Below, in pieces: positions 19,023 to 28,499 of a stretch of DNA of 64,000 nucleotides. The DNA is taken from the NCBI GenBank assembly GCA_963666115.2, contig CAXXET010000001.1, positions 68,553 to 132,552 on the forward strand. Reading direction: 5' to 3'. Position numbers and translations under genes: made by a program. This DNA is from Dehalococcoidia bacterium (GTDB taxonomy: Bacteria > Chloroflexota > Dehalococcoidia > UBA6926). Position 1 is the first letter of the stretch; the number at the start of each line of letters is the position of its first letter. The notes below the pieces were generated by a model, which had not been told where the DNA came from, made no database searches, and worked only from the letters and a program-made list of their open reading frames with translations.

Positions 19023-19997
19023 ATGACGAACAACAAGACAAACGTGAACGGCAACGGGCTAACGGCAGGCATCCGCGGCGGCGACGTGGTGTGCTTCGGC
19101 CTGCTGACTCATACGCTCCTGATTAGGGTCGATGAGCTGCCTGAGCACAACGGCGGCGTGCCGATCCTCGGCTCACTGGACTCGCTGGGCGATGACGCCG
19201 CCATCGCCGCGAGCATCCTGACGCGGTGGGACGTACCGACGCGCCTCATCACGAATCCAACCGGCAACGACAGCCGGGGAGAAGTGGTCCGGGAGCACCT
19301 CGACGCGTGGGGCGTGAATGTCCGCCAGGACACTGAAATCATCGACGGGATGGAGACCCCGTTCGAGGTGTCGATCATCGATCCCGTGGGCGCCCGGACG
19401 TACTTCCAGCGACGCGACCCTGCCGCCATGGCCGAACTCACGCCGCCGGACCCCTCCCAGATCAAGAACGCCGGCCTGCTCTACGTCGACTGGTACGACG
19501 GCCCCAGCGTCGTTCATGCCGCGCGTGACGCCGTTGCCCAGGGCGTGCCCGTCTACGTCAACCTGGAATCCGAATACGACAGCGGCGGATGGGTTGCGAA
19601 CCTGATTGGAGACGCGAGCATCTGCCAGGTTTCGCTGGACACGCCGGAGGCAGCCGACGCGGGTGATCCGGCCGCTATCGCCCGCAGCCTGATTGACCGC
19701 GGGGTGGAGATGGCAGTCGTGACGCTGGGCGCGGACGGCTGCGTGGTTGCGCGGGGGCAGGAGGCGTATCACATCAGGCCGCCGCAGGTGGACGTCATCG
19801 ACTGCAACGGGGCGGGCGCGGCCTGCTCGGCGGGGATCATGTACGGGCTGTGGGCGGGGTGGCCGCTGGAGGACATCGGGCGGTACGCCGCAGCCTATGC
19901 CGGGCTCAAATGCGGCATCAACGGCCTCGCGGAACTGGACGTCAGCGACGTTCAGAAGACGGCGGCGGCGCTCCCGTCGCAGCGTCTGCCGCTCTAA
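19023..19997 (+). CDS. PfkB/ribokinase-family protein with atypical motifs
   Basis: GNDSRG, VVTLGADG, VIDCNGAGAA (canonical DTxGAGD). Confidence 0.85.
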   Translation: MTNNKTNVNGNGLTAGIRGGDVVCFGLLTHTLLIRVDELPEHNGGVPILGSLDSLGDDAAIAASILTRWDVPTRLITNPTGNDSRGEVVREHLDAWGVNVRQDTEIIDGMETPFEVSIIDPVGARTYFQRRDPAAMAELTPPDPSQIKNAGLLYVDWYDGPSVVHAARDAVAQGVPVYVNLESEYDSGGWVANLIGDASICQVSLDTPEAADAGDPAAIARSLIDRGVEMAVVTLGADGCVVARGQEAYHIRPPQVDVIDCNGAGAACSAGIMYGLWAGWPLEDIGRYAAAYAGLKCGINGLAELDVSDVQKTAAALPSQRLPL

Positions 19998-20007
19998 TCT
20001 CGCGGGG

Positions 20008-20697
20008 TTAGTTCTTCCTGGCCCAGAAGACGCAGTGCCGCATCGGCTTGTGGTCGGTGAAGTACATCAGGCCGCCAAGCTTCTCGCTGCTGTCCGCTTC
20101 AATGAGGGACAGGCCGGACTCGCCCAGGACGCCCAACACGCGCTCCTCCTCATAGAGCTGGAACGTTCTCGCGACGCCGTCCGTGCCGAACGCGCTGTCG
20201 CTGACGTCAGCAATGCCCGATCCGACCTTGAACATCAGCTGGAGGACGCCGCCGGGCGCGAGCACCCTGGCAAGCTCGGGCAGCGTCGTGCCCTCAACGT
20301 CCTGCGGCTGCAGGTGCTGGATGACGGCGTTGCACAGGACGAGGTCAAAGGAATCCGACTCATACGGCAGGGGCTCCCTCAGATCGGCGACCTTGATCCT
20401 GTCGGCGATCTCGGGGTGCATCTTCCTGCCCAGTTCGATGTTCTCCTCGACGGCGTCGATGCCGTATGCGTCGTAGCCACGGGAATGGAGCAGGGCAACG
20501 TGGCGGGCCCCCGCGCCGCATCCGGCGTCCAGACTCCGCTTGCCGGACGCCAGGCCGGTTGCGCGATCGAGCAGGGCGATGTCGCCTGTCAGCTTGGGAT
20601 GGGAGACCTTGTCATACAGTGAGTTCTCGTATTCGAGAGCGACTTCGGAGTACCTCCGAAAATGGTTCCGGTAGAAGTCCAGCGACTCAAACTGCAT
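20008..20697 (-). CDS. Class I SAM-dependent methyltransferase
   Basis: LDAGCGAG, GIDA, FDLVLCNAVIQH, RVLAPGG. Confidence 0.9.
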   Translation of the reverse strand: MQFESLDFYRNHFRRYSEVALEYENSLYDKVSHPKLTGDIALLDRATGLASGKRSLDAGCGAGARHVALLHSRGYDAYGIDAVEENIELGRKMHPEIADRIKVADLREPLPYESDSFDLVLCNAVIQHLQPQDVEGTTLPELARVLAPGGVLQLMFKVGSGIADVSDSAFGTDGVARTFQLYEEERVLGVLGESGLSLIEADSSEKLGGLMYFTDHKPMRHCVFWARKN

Positions 20698-20848
20698 GCG
20701 GCCCCCTTAGGCTTAGACACGGCATCCGGCGAAGCGCGCTGCGCGACGCCACCACTGGATTTTACATTGACTTAACGTTCCTGTAAAATCGCTCTTCAAC
20801 CTGACAACCAGGTGACGGGTTGCCCGTGCCGCAGGGGCCGGGTTCGGG

Positions 20849-23848
20849 GTGGCGGGGGAAGACAGCATGGTTTTAGTGGAATCCAGCGTCCATCAGCTAT
20901 TTGAGGCGCAAGCTGCCAGCACGCCTGGCGCGGCGGCGATTGTATTCGACGACGGGCAGATGACCTACGCGGAGCTGAACGGCCTGACGGACGCGCTGGG
21001 CGCCTACCTGCGAAGCTGCGGCGTTGGGACCGATGAGCCCGTCGGCATCTTCATGGACACGTGCGCGGAGTACATCGTCGGCGCTATCGCGACGCTCAAG
21101 GCGGGCGGGGCTTTCATGCCGATGGACGTTGATTCTCCCGAGCCGCTGCTGCGCGGCATCGTGTCCGAGGCGCAACCGAAGGTCGTGCTCACGAAAAAGC
21201 AATTCCTGCCCAGGCTGGCTGAGTTCAGCGAGACTCACGTGCTCCCCGTCGACAGCGACCGCTCGTGGCGGCGGTACGGGATGAGAGGCCGCGCGGCGCG
21301 CGGCGACAACAACGACCTCGCGTTCATCCCCTATACGTCCGGCACCACCGGAGACCCGAAAGGCGTGATGCTGACCGTTGGAGCGATGATGTCCTCCTAC
21401 GAGGCCAGGTACACGTACAGTTCCTACGGCGCCGGCGACCGCGTCGGCTGCAACATCTTCTTCCCCTGGGAGTTCCTGCGCCCGCTGCTTAAGGGCGGGA
21501 CGGTGTACGTGATCCCGGACGATGTCATATTTGTCCCGCGCGCGCTCGCGCGGTTCATTGCGGAGCGCCGGCTGACGGAGATACTGTTCACGCCATCCCT
21601 CCTGCAGAGCCTGTTGAACTCCGCGAGCCACGGGCGGCTCCGGGAACAGATGTCGTCCCTGCGCGTCGTCTGGCTGAACGGGGAGGTCGTGCCTGCCAGC
21701 CTGCTCAGGCAAGCGCGGGAAATCCTGCCGCCAAACGCCCGCCTGTTCAACACCTACAGCATCAGTGAGACACACGACGTCTGCACTATCGACCTGACCG
21801 CCCTCCCGTTGGACGGAATGGACACGTGCCCGGTGGGGTATGCGATGGACGGCGTGAAGCTCCGCGTGCGCCCAGAGGACGGCTCCGCCGTGCAGGAAAC
21901 GGGCGTCGGGGAACTGCTCATCGGCGGGCAGGGCGTGGCGCGCGGATACCTCAAGAGGCCCGACCTGGATGCCGACAGGTTCGTCACGTTGAACGGAGAG
22001 CGTTATTACGCGACCGGCGACCTGGCGAACGTTGCGTCCGATGGAATGACGACGATCGTTGGCCGGACCGATTCCATGGTCAAGATTCGGGGATACACCG
22101 TGTACCTCGGCGCGATTGAAGAGATGCTGCGGAGGCACTGTGACGCGGCGGACGCTGCGGTCGTCGTCGAAGACATGGACGAGACGAGCAAGCGGCTGGT
22201 GGCCTACGTCGTTCGCGGCCCGGATGCCGCGTGGAAGCTGGACGCCCGCAGCGGGGCGAGCAGGGATTTGCGGAACGTCCTGGAGCGATATCTGCCGCTC
22301 TACTCCGTTCCGTCTCACTATATTGAGTTGGACGCCCTCCCGATCAACCAGCAGACCGGCAAGCTCCAGCGCAAGGCGCTGCCGTCGCTGCGCAACGGGG
22401 CATCGCCCGCCGGGCAGCGAATCAGGCTGACCAAAAATGCCACCGCAGAGGAGAGGCGCGCGGCATTGCGTGAACTCTGGGCGGACACGCTGGAACTCAA
22501 CCTCGACGACCTGGAGGACGACTGGGACTTCTTTGACCTTGGCGGCCACTCGTTGGCGGGCATGGCTCTGACCATCGCCATCGAGGAAACGTTTGGGATC
22601 GAGTTGAGCGGGGTCGAGGTGTACGACTACCCCACCATCGGCCAACTGTCGCGATACCTTGAAAATGGCGGGGCAGCGGGAGAAGCATCCGGCAAGACGC
22701 TGACCCAGGACGCGCGGCTGGACCCGCAAATCGCGCCCCGGGGCGACGCCCCGGTGACGCGGCTGAGCGATGCGTCCTCGATCCTGATCACTGGAACCAC
22801 CGGATTCCTCGGCGCATTCCTGCTCGATCAACTGGTGCAATCCACGGGGCCGGACACGACGTTCTATTGCCTTGCGCGCGGCGGCGACGCCGCAGACACC
22901 GAGCCGTCCAGCCGGGTGCTGGACACGTTGAAGTTCTACGGGCTCCCCAGCCAATCCGCGGGCGACCGGATCGTCACCGTCTCCGGAGACCTCACGCAAC
23001 CGCTGATGGGACTCGGCGGCGACAAGTATGACGAGCTGGCGCAAAAGATCGACATGGTGTTCCACTGCGCCGCGTCAGTCAACTACGTCTACCCGTATTC
23101 GGCGTCCAAGCCCCACACCGTCGGCGGCACCACGGAGGTGCTCAAGTTCGCCTGCGCCGGCGCGCCAAAGGCGGTTCACTACATCTCATCCAACGGCATC
23201 TTCCCCGGCGGCGACACAACGCCGTACCTGGAAAACAGCGAGATCGACGCCTGGGTTGATCGGATGGAGGGGGGCTACAACCAGTCGAAGTGGGTCGCGG
23301 AACGACTTGTGTGGCATTCCGTCTCACGCGGCCTGCCGGTCTGCATGTACCGCCCCGGCAACATCGGCCACGACAGCAGGACGGGCACGGGCAATCCGAA
23401 TGACTACCTGCTGCTGATCCTCAAGGCCTGCGCGCGGCTGGGCAGCGCGCCCCACGCCCCGGACTGGCTGTTTGAGATGACCCCGGTGGACTTCCTGGTG
23501 TCCGCGATCAGCCGGATCGCCGATGATCCGGGGCACCTGGGCAGCGTCTACAACGTGGTTCAGCAGGACCCGGCGCCGGCGGACCAGGTCTTTGATCTCA
23601 TGCAGCGCAACGGGCACATCACCGAGCGGGTGTCGCTGGAGGAGTGGAAGTCCAGGCTGCAAGAGACAGGCGATCACGATGATGACCTGGAACTGAAGAT
23701 GCTGGCCCGCTCGCTGGACTCGGTGGAGCCGTACCTGACGGATGACAGCATCTACGACATGACCAGGTTCACGGAGGCGCTGTCAGAGATCGGCCTTGCC
23801 ATGCCGGACCTCGGCGCCGACTACGTGACTATGTTCCTTGAAAAGTAG
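20849..23848 (+). CDS. Stand-alone NRPS-like A-T-R reductase
   Basis: A domain YTSGTTGDPKG, YATGD, TGKLQRK; T domain FFDLGGHSL; R domain TGTTGFLG and YNQSKWVAE. Confidence 0.93.
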   Translation: MAGEDSMVLVESSVHQLFEAQAASTPGAAAIVFDDGQMTYAELNGLTDALGAYLRSCGVGTDEPVGIFMDTCAEYIVGAIATLKAGGAFMPMDVDSPEPLLRGIVSEAQPKVVLTKKQFLPRLAEFSETHVLPVDSDRSWRRYGMRGRAARGDNNDLAFIPYTSGTTGDPKGVMLTVGAMMSSYEARYTYSSYGAGDRVGCNIFFPWEFLRPLLKGGTVYVIPDDVIFVPRALARFIAERRLTEILFTPSLLQSLLNSASHGRLREQMSSLRVVWLNGEVVPASLLRQAREILPPNARLFNTYSISETHDVCTIDLTALPLDGMDTCPVGYAMDGVKLRVRPEDGSAVQETGVGELLIGGQGVARGYLKRPDLDADRFVTLNGERYYATGDLANVASDGMTTIVGRTDSMVKIRGYTVYLGAIEEMLRRHCDAADAAVVVEDMDETSKRLVAYVVRGPDAAWKLDARSGASRDLRNVLERYLPLYSVPSHYIELDALPINQQTGKLQRKALPSLRNGASPAGQRIRLTKNATAEERRAALRELWADTLELNLDDLEDDWDFFDLGGHSLAGMALTIAIEETFGIELSGVEVYDYPTIGQLSRYLENGGAAGEASGKTLTQDARLDPQIAPRGDAPVTRLSDASSILITGTTGFLGAFLLDQLVQSTGPDTTFYCLARGGDAADTEPSSRVLDTLKFYGLPSQSAGDRIVTVSGDLTQPLMGLGGDKYDELAQKIDMVFHCAASVNYVYPYSASKPHTVGGTTEVLKFACAGAPKAVHYISSNGIFPGGDTTPYLENSEIDAWVDRMEGGYNQSKWVAERLVWHSVSRGLPVCMYRPGNIGHDSRTGTGNPNDYLLLILKACARLGSAPHAPDWLFEMTPVDFLVSAISRIADDPGHLGSVYNVVQQDPAPADQVFDLMQRNGHITERVSLEEWKSRLQETGDHDDDLELKMLARSLDSVEPYLTDDSIYDMTRFTEALSEIGLAMPDLGADYVTMFLEK

Positions 23849-23875
23849 GCGCAGGGGAGTCCGTATCGGGGCGGG

Positions 23876-24877
23876 CTAGATGAGCCAGTTGGCCGTGTAT
23901 CCTGCCAGGCACGCGCCCAGTACCGCCAGCACGATGTAGAGGATGAATACGCGGACGCGCACAAGCGCGGCTACCGCCACCGCGGAATACAGGCTGACCG
24001 CCGCGCCGGAGATCATCAGCGCAAGGGCGGCCCCAAAGCTCATTCCTTTGTCCATCAGCCCGCTGACGAGGGGCAGCGCCGCATAGCCGTCCAGGTACAT
24101 GGGAGCGCCCGCGATGGCGGCCAGGGGGACTGACAACAAGCCCGCGTCCACGCCGAACAGGGATGTCACCCACGCATCGGGAACCAGCCGCTGCAAGAAC
24201 ACCTCCAGGACCAGGGCGAGCGCAAGCCACCGCAGCATTGGCCGCGTGCTGTCCCAGACAGCCGGCCAGAAACGCGGCTGCTCGTCCTCGCAGTCGTATT
24301 GCTCCAACACCTCAGGGCGCATCAGTTCCGGCCCGGCGTTTCGATAGCCCGGCAGGAGCCAGGTCACGCCGCCCGCCAACAGCCCAATGCCGAATGCCGA
24401 CACTGTCTTGGCAATCGCGAAGGGGACGCCAATTATGCCGACGGTTATCAGGAACATGCTGGGATCGGTAACCGGCGAGGCGATCCAGAACGCCATGATC
24501 GGGGCGAGAGGAAGCCCCTTGCGCAGAAGCGTCGCGATCAGCGGCAGCATGCCAAGGCCGCACACCGGCGTGACCGCGCCCACTAGGCTGGCGATGACAA
24601 CGGCGCGCGCCGGGCGTCCGTTCAGCCAGGCAAGCGCCCGATCAGACCAGCGTCCCGCCGTCAACGCGCCCGCAATGAGCGCGGCTATGACGACGACAGG
24701 CAGCAATGCGAGGAGACTCCGGCCCACCCCGCTCAGCATATCGGCGTTCGTCTCGGGAAACAGTGAGCCGACCGTCAGCAGTCCCGCGGTGAGCATCCAC
24801 GTCAACGCCTCCGTGCTGGGACGACGTCGCAGATTCCAGCGGGCGGGGGAGAGCAGTGAAGAACTTGAAAGCACCAT
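23876..24877 (-). CDS. DUF318/ArsP-like predicted permease
   Basis: GAVTPVC, MAFWIASP, GAPMY repeated halves; multi-TM. Confidence 0.8.
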   Translation of the reverse strand: MVLSSSSLLSPARWNLRRRPSTEALTWMLTAGLLTVGSLFPETNADMLSGVGRSLLALLPVVVIAALIAGALTAGRWSDRALAWLNGRPARAVVIASLVGAVTPVCGLGMLPLIATLLRKGLPLAPIMAFWIASPVTDPSMFLITVGIIGVPFAIAKTVSAFGIGLLAGGVTWLLPGYRNAGPELMRPEVLEQYDCEDEQPRFWPAVWDSTRPMLRWLALALVLEVFLQRLVPDAWVTSLFGVDAGLLSVPLAAIAGAPMYLDGYAALPLVSGLMDKGMSFGAALALMISGAAVSLYSAVAVAALVRVRVFILYIVLAVLGACLAGYTANWLI

Positions 24878-24939
24878 AGCGAACAGAGTAGCCGTGACAG
24901 GTTCTTTTGAGAATCCCCCGCCGGAACGCGGCGAGGCAG

Positions 24940-25016
24940 TGGTGGGCGGCGAGGGTCTCGAACCCCCGGCCTTCTGCGTGTAAAGCAGACGCTCTAACCA
25001 ACTGAGCTAGCCGCCC
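24940..25016 (-). tRNA. tRNA-Val(TAC)
   Basis: GGGCGGCTAGCTCAG...TCTGC-TTTACAC-GCAGA...GTTCGAG...CCA. Confidence 0.96.
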
Positions 25017-25027
25017 ACGGGGGCGAA

Positions 25028-25105
25028 TGGCGCGCTTGGCGGGACTCGAACCCACGGCCTCAGCCTCCGCAGGGCTGCGCTCTATCCAGACTGAGCTACA
25101 AGCGC
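25028..25105 (-). tRNA. tRNA-Arg(GCG)
   Basis: GCGCTTGTAGCTCAG...CAGCC-CTGCGGA-GGCTG...GTTCGAGTCC...GCCA. Confidence 0.94.
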
Positions 25106-25154
25106 GTGTCACAACAACGCGGCGTCTTTGACCGCCGTTCGTCCGGCCTGTCGT

Positions 25155-25241
25155 TGGTGCCGAGGGAGAGATTTGAACTCTCACGCCCGCTAGGGGCACT
25201 GCGCCCTGAACGCAGCGCGTCTGCCGTTCCGCCACCTCGGC
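25155..25241 (-). tRNA. tRNA-Leu(CAG)
   Basis: GCCGAGGTGGCGGAA...CTGCG-TTCAGGG-CGCAG, long variable arm, CCA end. Confidence 0.96.
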
Positions 25242-25315
25242 CCGAACACGAACAACCAAACCGTCCGTTGTGCGCTATCCATTATGGCACGGTCTGGGCT
25301 AGGGTGGGGCGCTCA

Positions 25316-25420
25316 TGTCATTTTGAACGGAGGGCAACGTCTACGGTTATGTTTGGTTGCACAGTTGAGGCTTTGGATTCTTCGCTGCGCTCAGAATGAC
25401 ATGTGGGCGCTCAGAATGAT
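25316..25420. repeat. Paired TGTCATT...AATGACA palindromic repeat
   Basis: TGTCATTTTGAACG at 25316, GGATTCTTCGCTGCGCTCAGAATGACA at 25375-25401, partial copy overlapping the pgi stop. Confidence 0.75.
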
Positions 25421-27033
25421 GTGAAGAGGGTGGTTAGTTTTTCCAGGCCGGAGTGGGTGTCTGTGCCGAGGTTGACTCGGAGGAGGCGGCGGCCGCGTTG
25501 GATTAGGGCAGCTGCATCGCCTGCGGATTGGGCGGCGATTAGCTGGCCGAAGGTGTAGTCCGTTTCGGGGACGTGGACGTCGTTTGCCGTTGCGTCGTCG
25601 ATGATTTGCAGGAACAGGCCGTTGTTGGCGCCGCCCTTGTGGAGCTGCCCCGTGGAATGGAGGAAGCGGGGGCCGTAGCCTGCCGTCGTGGCGACTCTTG
25701 CGCCTCTGCCGATGGTCGCGCGGAGGCGACTGACGGCGTCGTCTACGCTGTCGCCGGGTGCAAGGTAGACGTGGATGCCGGCGTAATCGCCCGCCGATGC
25801 CGACCCAAGCCACTCGGACGCCGCAGACTCCAGACCGGCGTCGTCAATCGCGATGACGCGCCCCGTATCCGCGGACGCGCCGCCGCCCGCCATGGCCTCC
25901 CGCGCCAGGTCCTTGGCAAGCTGCACGTCCGGCTGGTCGAAGGGGTTGATGCCGAGCACAGCGCCGGCGGCGGCCGTGGCGATCTCCCACCGCATCATGA
26001 GCCTGCTGATTTCGTGCGTATCCTCGATGACCTGGGAGACGCGCGCCCATTCCGGCACGAGACTCCGCATACGCTCGCGCTTCTCCTGCTCCGGCTCTGT
26101 CCTGAGGCCGATGTAGACCATCACGCGGTCATGGCCGTAGTCGGGGTAGTCCCAGGCAGGTTCCCCATCGATTGGCACGATGCCGACGCCGAGCTTGCCT
26201 GTGCTTTCGGCGATGAGCTGTTCGATCCACGTTGGCAGGCTGTTGAGGGCAGGGGACGTGACGAAGGTGAGCTTGTCGCGACCCGCCAGGGCGCATTCGC
26301 CGATTGTTGCGCCCAGCCTCAGCGCCTGCTCCAATTCCTCGTCGGATGAATCACTTGCTGAATGGACAGTTGCGAGCAACTCGCCGACGTCAACGCCGAT
26401 GAGGGCAGCCGGAACGAGGCCGAATTCGCAGAGGGCGGAGTAGCGTCCGCCCACGTCCGGGGGCGAGGAGAACACCCGTCGGAACCCGCGCTCCTCCGCC
26501 AACCGCTCCAACGGCGTGCCGGGATCGGTGACGGCGACAAAGCGTGGGCCGGGGTCGATTCCCGCTTCGGTTAGCCTCGCCCAGAAGTAGTAAAAGAAGG
26601 AGAGCATCTCTGTCGTCGTGCCCGACTTGCTGGACACGACGAACAACGTTCGCGGCAGGTCCAGCCCATCCGCGAGCGCAGTCACAGCGGCAGGATGAGT
26701 ACTATCCAGAACGGTCAGGCGGGGGTAGCCGTCAGCATTCCCGAACGTGGATTGGAAGACCTCCGGCGCGAGACTGGAGCCACCCATTCCAAGCACAACG
26801 ACGTCGGTGAAACCATCGGTCGCGATATTGCGACTGAATTGGGTCAAATCCCCGATCTTGGGCGCCATGCTTGCGGGGAGGTCGAGCCAGCCGAGGCGGT
26901 TCTCGATCTCAAGCGTGCCTCGCGGCACCCAGAGCGTGGGATCACGTTCCAGCAGGCGCTCGGTGAACTCGTTTGAGTTCCATTGCTGGAGGCGTGCTTC
27001 TATGCGCTCAGGAACCGAGTCCGCTTGTGCCAT
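25411..27033 (-). CDS. pgi: Glucose-6-phosphate isomerase (Tal-Pgi C-terminal type)
   Basis: GMGGSSL, SSKSGTT, VGGRYS, EQLIAESTGK, NPFDQPDV, GPRFLHSTGQLHKGG. Confidence 0.93.
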   Translation of the reverse strand: MAQADSVPERIEARLQQWNSNEFTERLLERDPTLWVPRGTLEIENRLGWLDLPASMAPKIGDLTQFSRNIATDGFTDVVVLGMGGSSLAPEVFQSTFGNADGYPRLTVLDSTHPAAVTALADGLDLPRTLFVVSSKSGTTTEMLSFFYYFWARLTEAGIDPGPRFVAVTDPGTPLERLAEERGFRRVFSSPPDVGGRYSALCEFGLVPAALIGVDVGELLATVHSASDSSDEELEQALRLGATIGECALAGRDKLTFVTSPALNSLPTWIEQLIAESTGKLGVGIVPIDGEPAWDYPDYGHDRVMVYIGLRTEPEQEKRERMRSLVPEWARVSQVIEDTHEISRLMMRWEIATAAAGAVLGINPFDQPDVQLAKDLAREAMAGGGASADTGRVIAIDDAGLESAASEWLGSASAGDYAGIHVYLAPGDSVDDAVSRLRATIGRGARVATTAGYGPRFLHSTGQLHKGGANNGLFLQIIDDATANDVHVPETDYTFGQLIAAQSAGDAAALIQRGRRLLRVNLGTDTHSGLEKLTTLFTSF

Positions 27034-27044
27034 TACCGCCCTCC

Positions 27045-27141
27045 TGTCATTCCGAGCGCAGCCGAGGAATCCGCAACTCCGATTGTGCGGTCAAACGCGT
27101 TCTTGGATTCTTCACTCCGCTACGCTCCGTTCAGAATGACA
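27045..27141. repeat. Paired TGTCATT...AATGACA palindromic repeat
   Basis: TGTCATTCCGAGCGCAGCCGAGGAATCC ... GGATTCTTCACTCCGCTACGCTCCGTTCAGAATGACA. Confidence 0.8.
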
Positions 27142-27155
27142 GATGAGGAATCCTC

Positions 27156-28499
27156 CTAATGGGTGTCAAATATCCTTTGGTAGCGGGTTATTTCCGTTGA
27201 TAGTTGCTTCTGTTCCTGCGGTGTTGGGTTGTCTGGGTTTTTGAAGGGTGTTAGGGGGCCGAGCGTGCGGATTGCCAACGTCAGCAGCAGGCGCGCTTTG
27301 ACTGCGGAGAGGTTGTCCGCTGTGATGAATGTGTCTTGGGTCGGTTCCCTGGGGATTCGCCCGCGCAGCCCGCGGCTGGTTAGAACGACGGGCATCCTGT
27401 GACGCCGCACGGCCAACTCCAGCGCGGGCCGCTGGAACCGGTGGGGCGCGCCGCTGTACGCGAACCCCTCAACGATGATGCCGTGGCCGGGGTGGTCGGG
27501 ATTGTGGAAGCGCTCCTCGTCCGCGCGTTTGATGATGCCCCATATTGGCGCATCGTCCGCGCCAGCGTAGGTCTTCACGATGTCCACGCGCGGGAGCAGG
27601 TGGGGCAGGGGGCCGTCGCCGCGCACGCGCGACTCCGCCGTGTGCAGCCGCGTCGGCGCAAAGTAGAACGACACCTGGTCGGCTTCGATGCTGCCGATGG
27701 CAGATGCTGAGCCGCCGAGCGACGCGAACCCGCCGGGACGCTGGTTCGTCTTGGTCACGTCGCGCGCCGGAAAGATCTGCTCGTCCAGCACGACCGTCAC
27801 GCCCTTGCCCGCCGCCGCCGGCGATGCCGCCACGCGCACGGCGTCCCACAGATTCCAGTCGCCGTCATTTCCGATGCTGCCGTGCCTGCGCTGTGAGGCG
27901 GCAACGACCACCGGCTTGCGCGAATTGACGGTGTAGTTGAGGAAAGCGGCGGTTTCCTCCGTGGTGAACGTGCCGTGCGTGACGATGCAGGCGTCCACGT
28001 CCGGCTGCGCGAGCGCCTGGTTGACCGTGTTGGCGATCAGCACGAGTTCACGCATTCCGAACGTTTCGCCGCCGCGCCGCAGCTCATCGTCGGTGTCCGG
28101 ATCGACGACCATCTCCACGCGCAAATCCGCGACATCGGACAGCAGCCCGTTGCGCCCGTTCGTGTCCACGCTGAAACGGTCGATTTCCTCGATGACGCGC
28201 TCGGCGGCGAGATGGAATTGGGAGTATGTCTGCGCAGGCTCATGCCCGGGTTCCATGTAGGGCAGGAGATAGAGGCCGTCCTCCGGGGTCAGGGTTACTT
28301 CGTGGTACTCGCTGCCGCCGTCGGCTATAGCATTGCCGTCGCGGTCCTCACGGCGAATCCGCACGGTGACCGGCTCATGGAGGCGCTGGGCGCGCAACAC
28401 GTTGAGCGGCCCGCCGGCCTTGCTCGACGTCACGAACGGCAGGCCGTTCTGGATCGTGCCGCCCGTCGGCACAACGGCGATCGTCGGCTTGCCGGTCAT
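27156..28499 (-). CDS. Asparaginase/glutaminase-fold amidohydrolase, atypical
   Basis: TGGTI, THGTFTTEETA, KPVVV, DVTKTN, DNLSAVKARLLL. Confidence 0.85.
   Translation of the reverse strand: MTGKPTIAVVPTGGTIQNGLPFVTSSKAGGPLNVLRAQRLHEPVTVRIRREDRDGNAIADGGSEYHEVTLTPEDGLYLLPYMEPGHEPAQTYSQFHLAAERVIEEIDRFSVDTNGRNGLLSDVADLRVEMVVDPDTDDELRRGGETFGMRELVLIANTVNQALAQPDVDACIVTHGTFTTEETAAFLNYTVNSRKPVVVAASQRRHGSIGNDGDWNLWDAVRVAASPAAAGKGVTVVLDEQIFPARDVTKTNQRPGGFASLGGSASAIGSIEADQVSFYFAPTRLHTAESRVRGDGPLPHLLPRVDIVKTYAGADDAPIWGIIKRADEERFHNPDHPGHGIIVEGFAYSGAPHRFQRPALELAVRRHRMPVVLTSRGLRGRIPREPTQDTFITADNLSAVKARLLLTLAIRTLGPLTPFKNPDNPTPQEQKQLSTEITRYQRIFDTH

Noticed and set aside
20897-23065. 722-aa antisense ORF and other long shadow ORFs (e.g. 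34084-35619, 55029-56450, 60735-62339)
   Set aside because: They lie opposite well-supported genes and have no motifs; expected in high-GC DNA
17038-24940. Genomic island integrated at the tRNA-Val 3' end
   Set aside because: No integrase and no duplicated tRNA 3' fragment noticed; composition resembles flanking genes
24642-25399. ORFs across the tRNA cluster
   Set aside because: They are translations of tRNA sequence
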